Source of the DNA: Lama guanicoe
Lineage: Eukaryota
DNA: 64,000 nucleotides
Assembly: GCA_013239625.1 (NCBI GenBank)
Contig: MU053513.1
Span: 2,344,927 to 2,408,926, forward strand
Direction of reading: 5' to 3'
Shown: one piece after another, positions 63,991-64,000 of the stretch
How the letters are laid out: each line of letters begins with the position of its first letter
Numbering within the stretch: position 1 is the first letter of the stretch
The notes under the pieces: model-generated
Databases searched by the model: none
What the model was told of the DNA's origin: nothing
What the model saw: only the letters and a program-made list of their open reading frames with translations
Program-made: the position numbers and the translations under genes

Positions 63991-64000
63991 GTCATGGAGA

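Larger units (their letters stand above)
12514..64000 (-). other. ST6GALNAC5: 3' part of the very large upstream intron of ST6GALNAC5 (intron 2)
   Basis: No exon encoding the N-terminal transmembrane/stem region was seen in these 51 kb; the orthologous human intron is known to be very long. Inference. Confidence 0.75.

Noticed and set aside
1..64000. A novel multi-gene system or second protein-coding gene
   Set aside because: Apart from the two ST6GALNAC5 exons and L1 ORF2 remnants, the listed ORFs are short, often start at non-ATG codons, often lie in repeats and show no recognisable domains or spliced structure.

Overview
Mammalian genomic DNA, most likely camelid, judging by Vic-1-like tRNA-derived SINEs and the young L1 3' ends. 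The whole window lies inside the sialyltransferase gene ST6GALNAC5 on the minus strand. Two coding exons are present: a 410-bp sialylmotif-L exon (12513->12104) and a 108-bp sialylmotif-S exon (6349->6242), both with canonical AG/GT ends and joined in frame. The first two exons and the last exon were not found and presumably lie outside the window. The remainder is intron rich in transposable elements: young and old L1s (several with readable target-site duplications, TSDs), L2, MIR, MaLR LTRs, Tigger1 and MER5A. I found no evidence of a novel multi-gene biological system. The best leads are small: a 90-nt long-stem hairpin (44646-44735), an 18-bp tandem array of metal-response-element cores in a CpG-rich patch (17824-17912), an in-frame cryptic splice donor behind a G-run tract next to the large exon, and a young L1 lineage with a shared 3'UTR deletion and an in-frame ORF2 deletion. 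Repeat family names and exon numbers come from memory, not a database search, and boundaries of old repeats are approximate.
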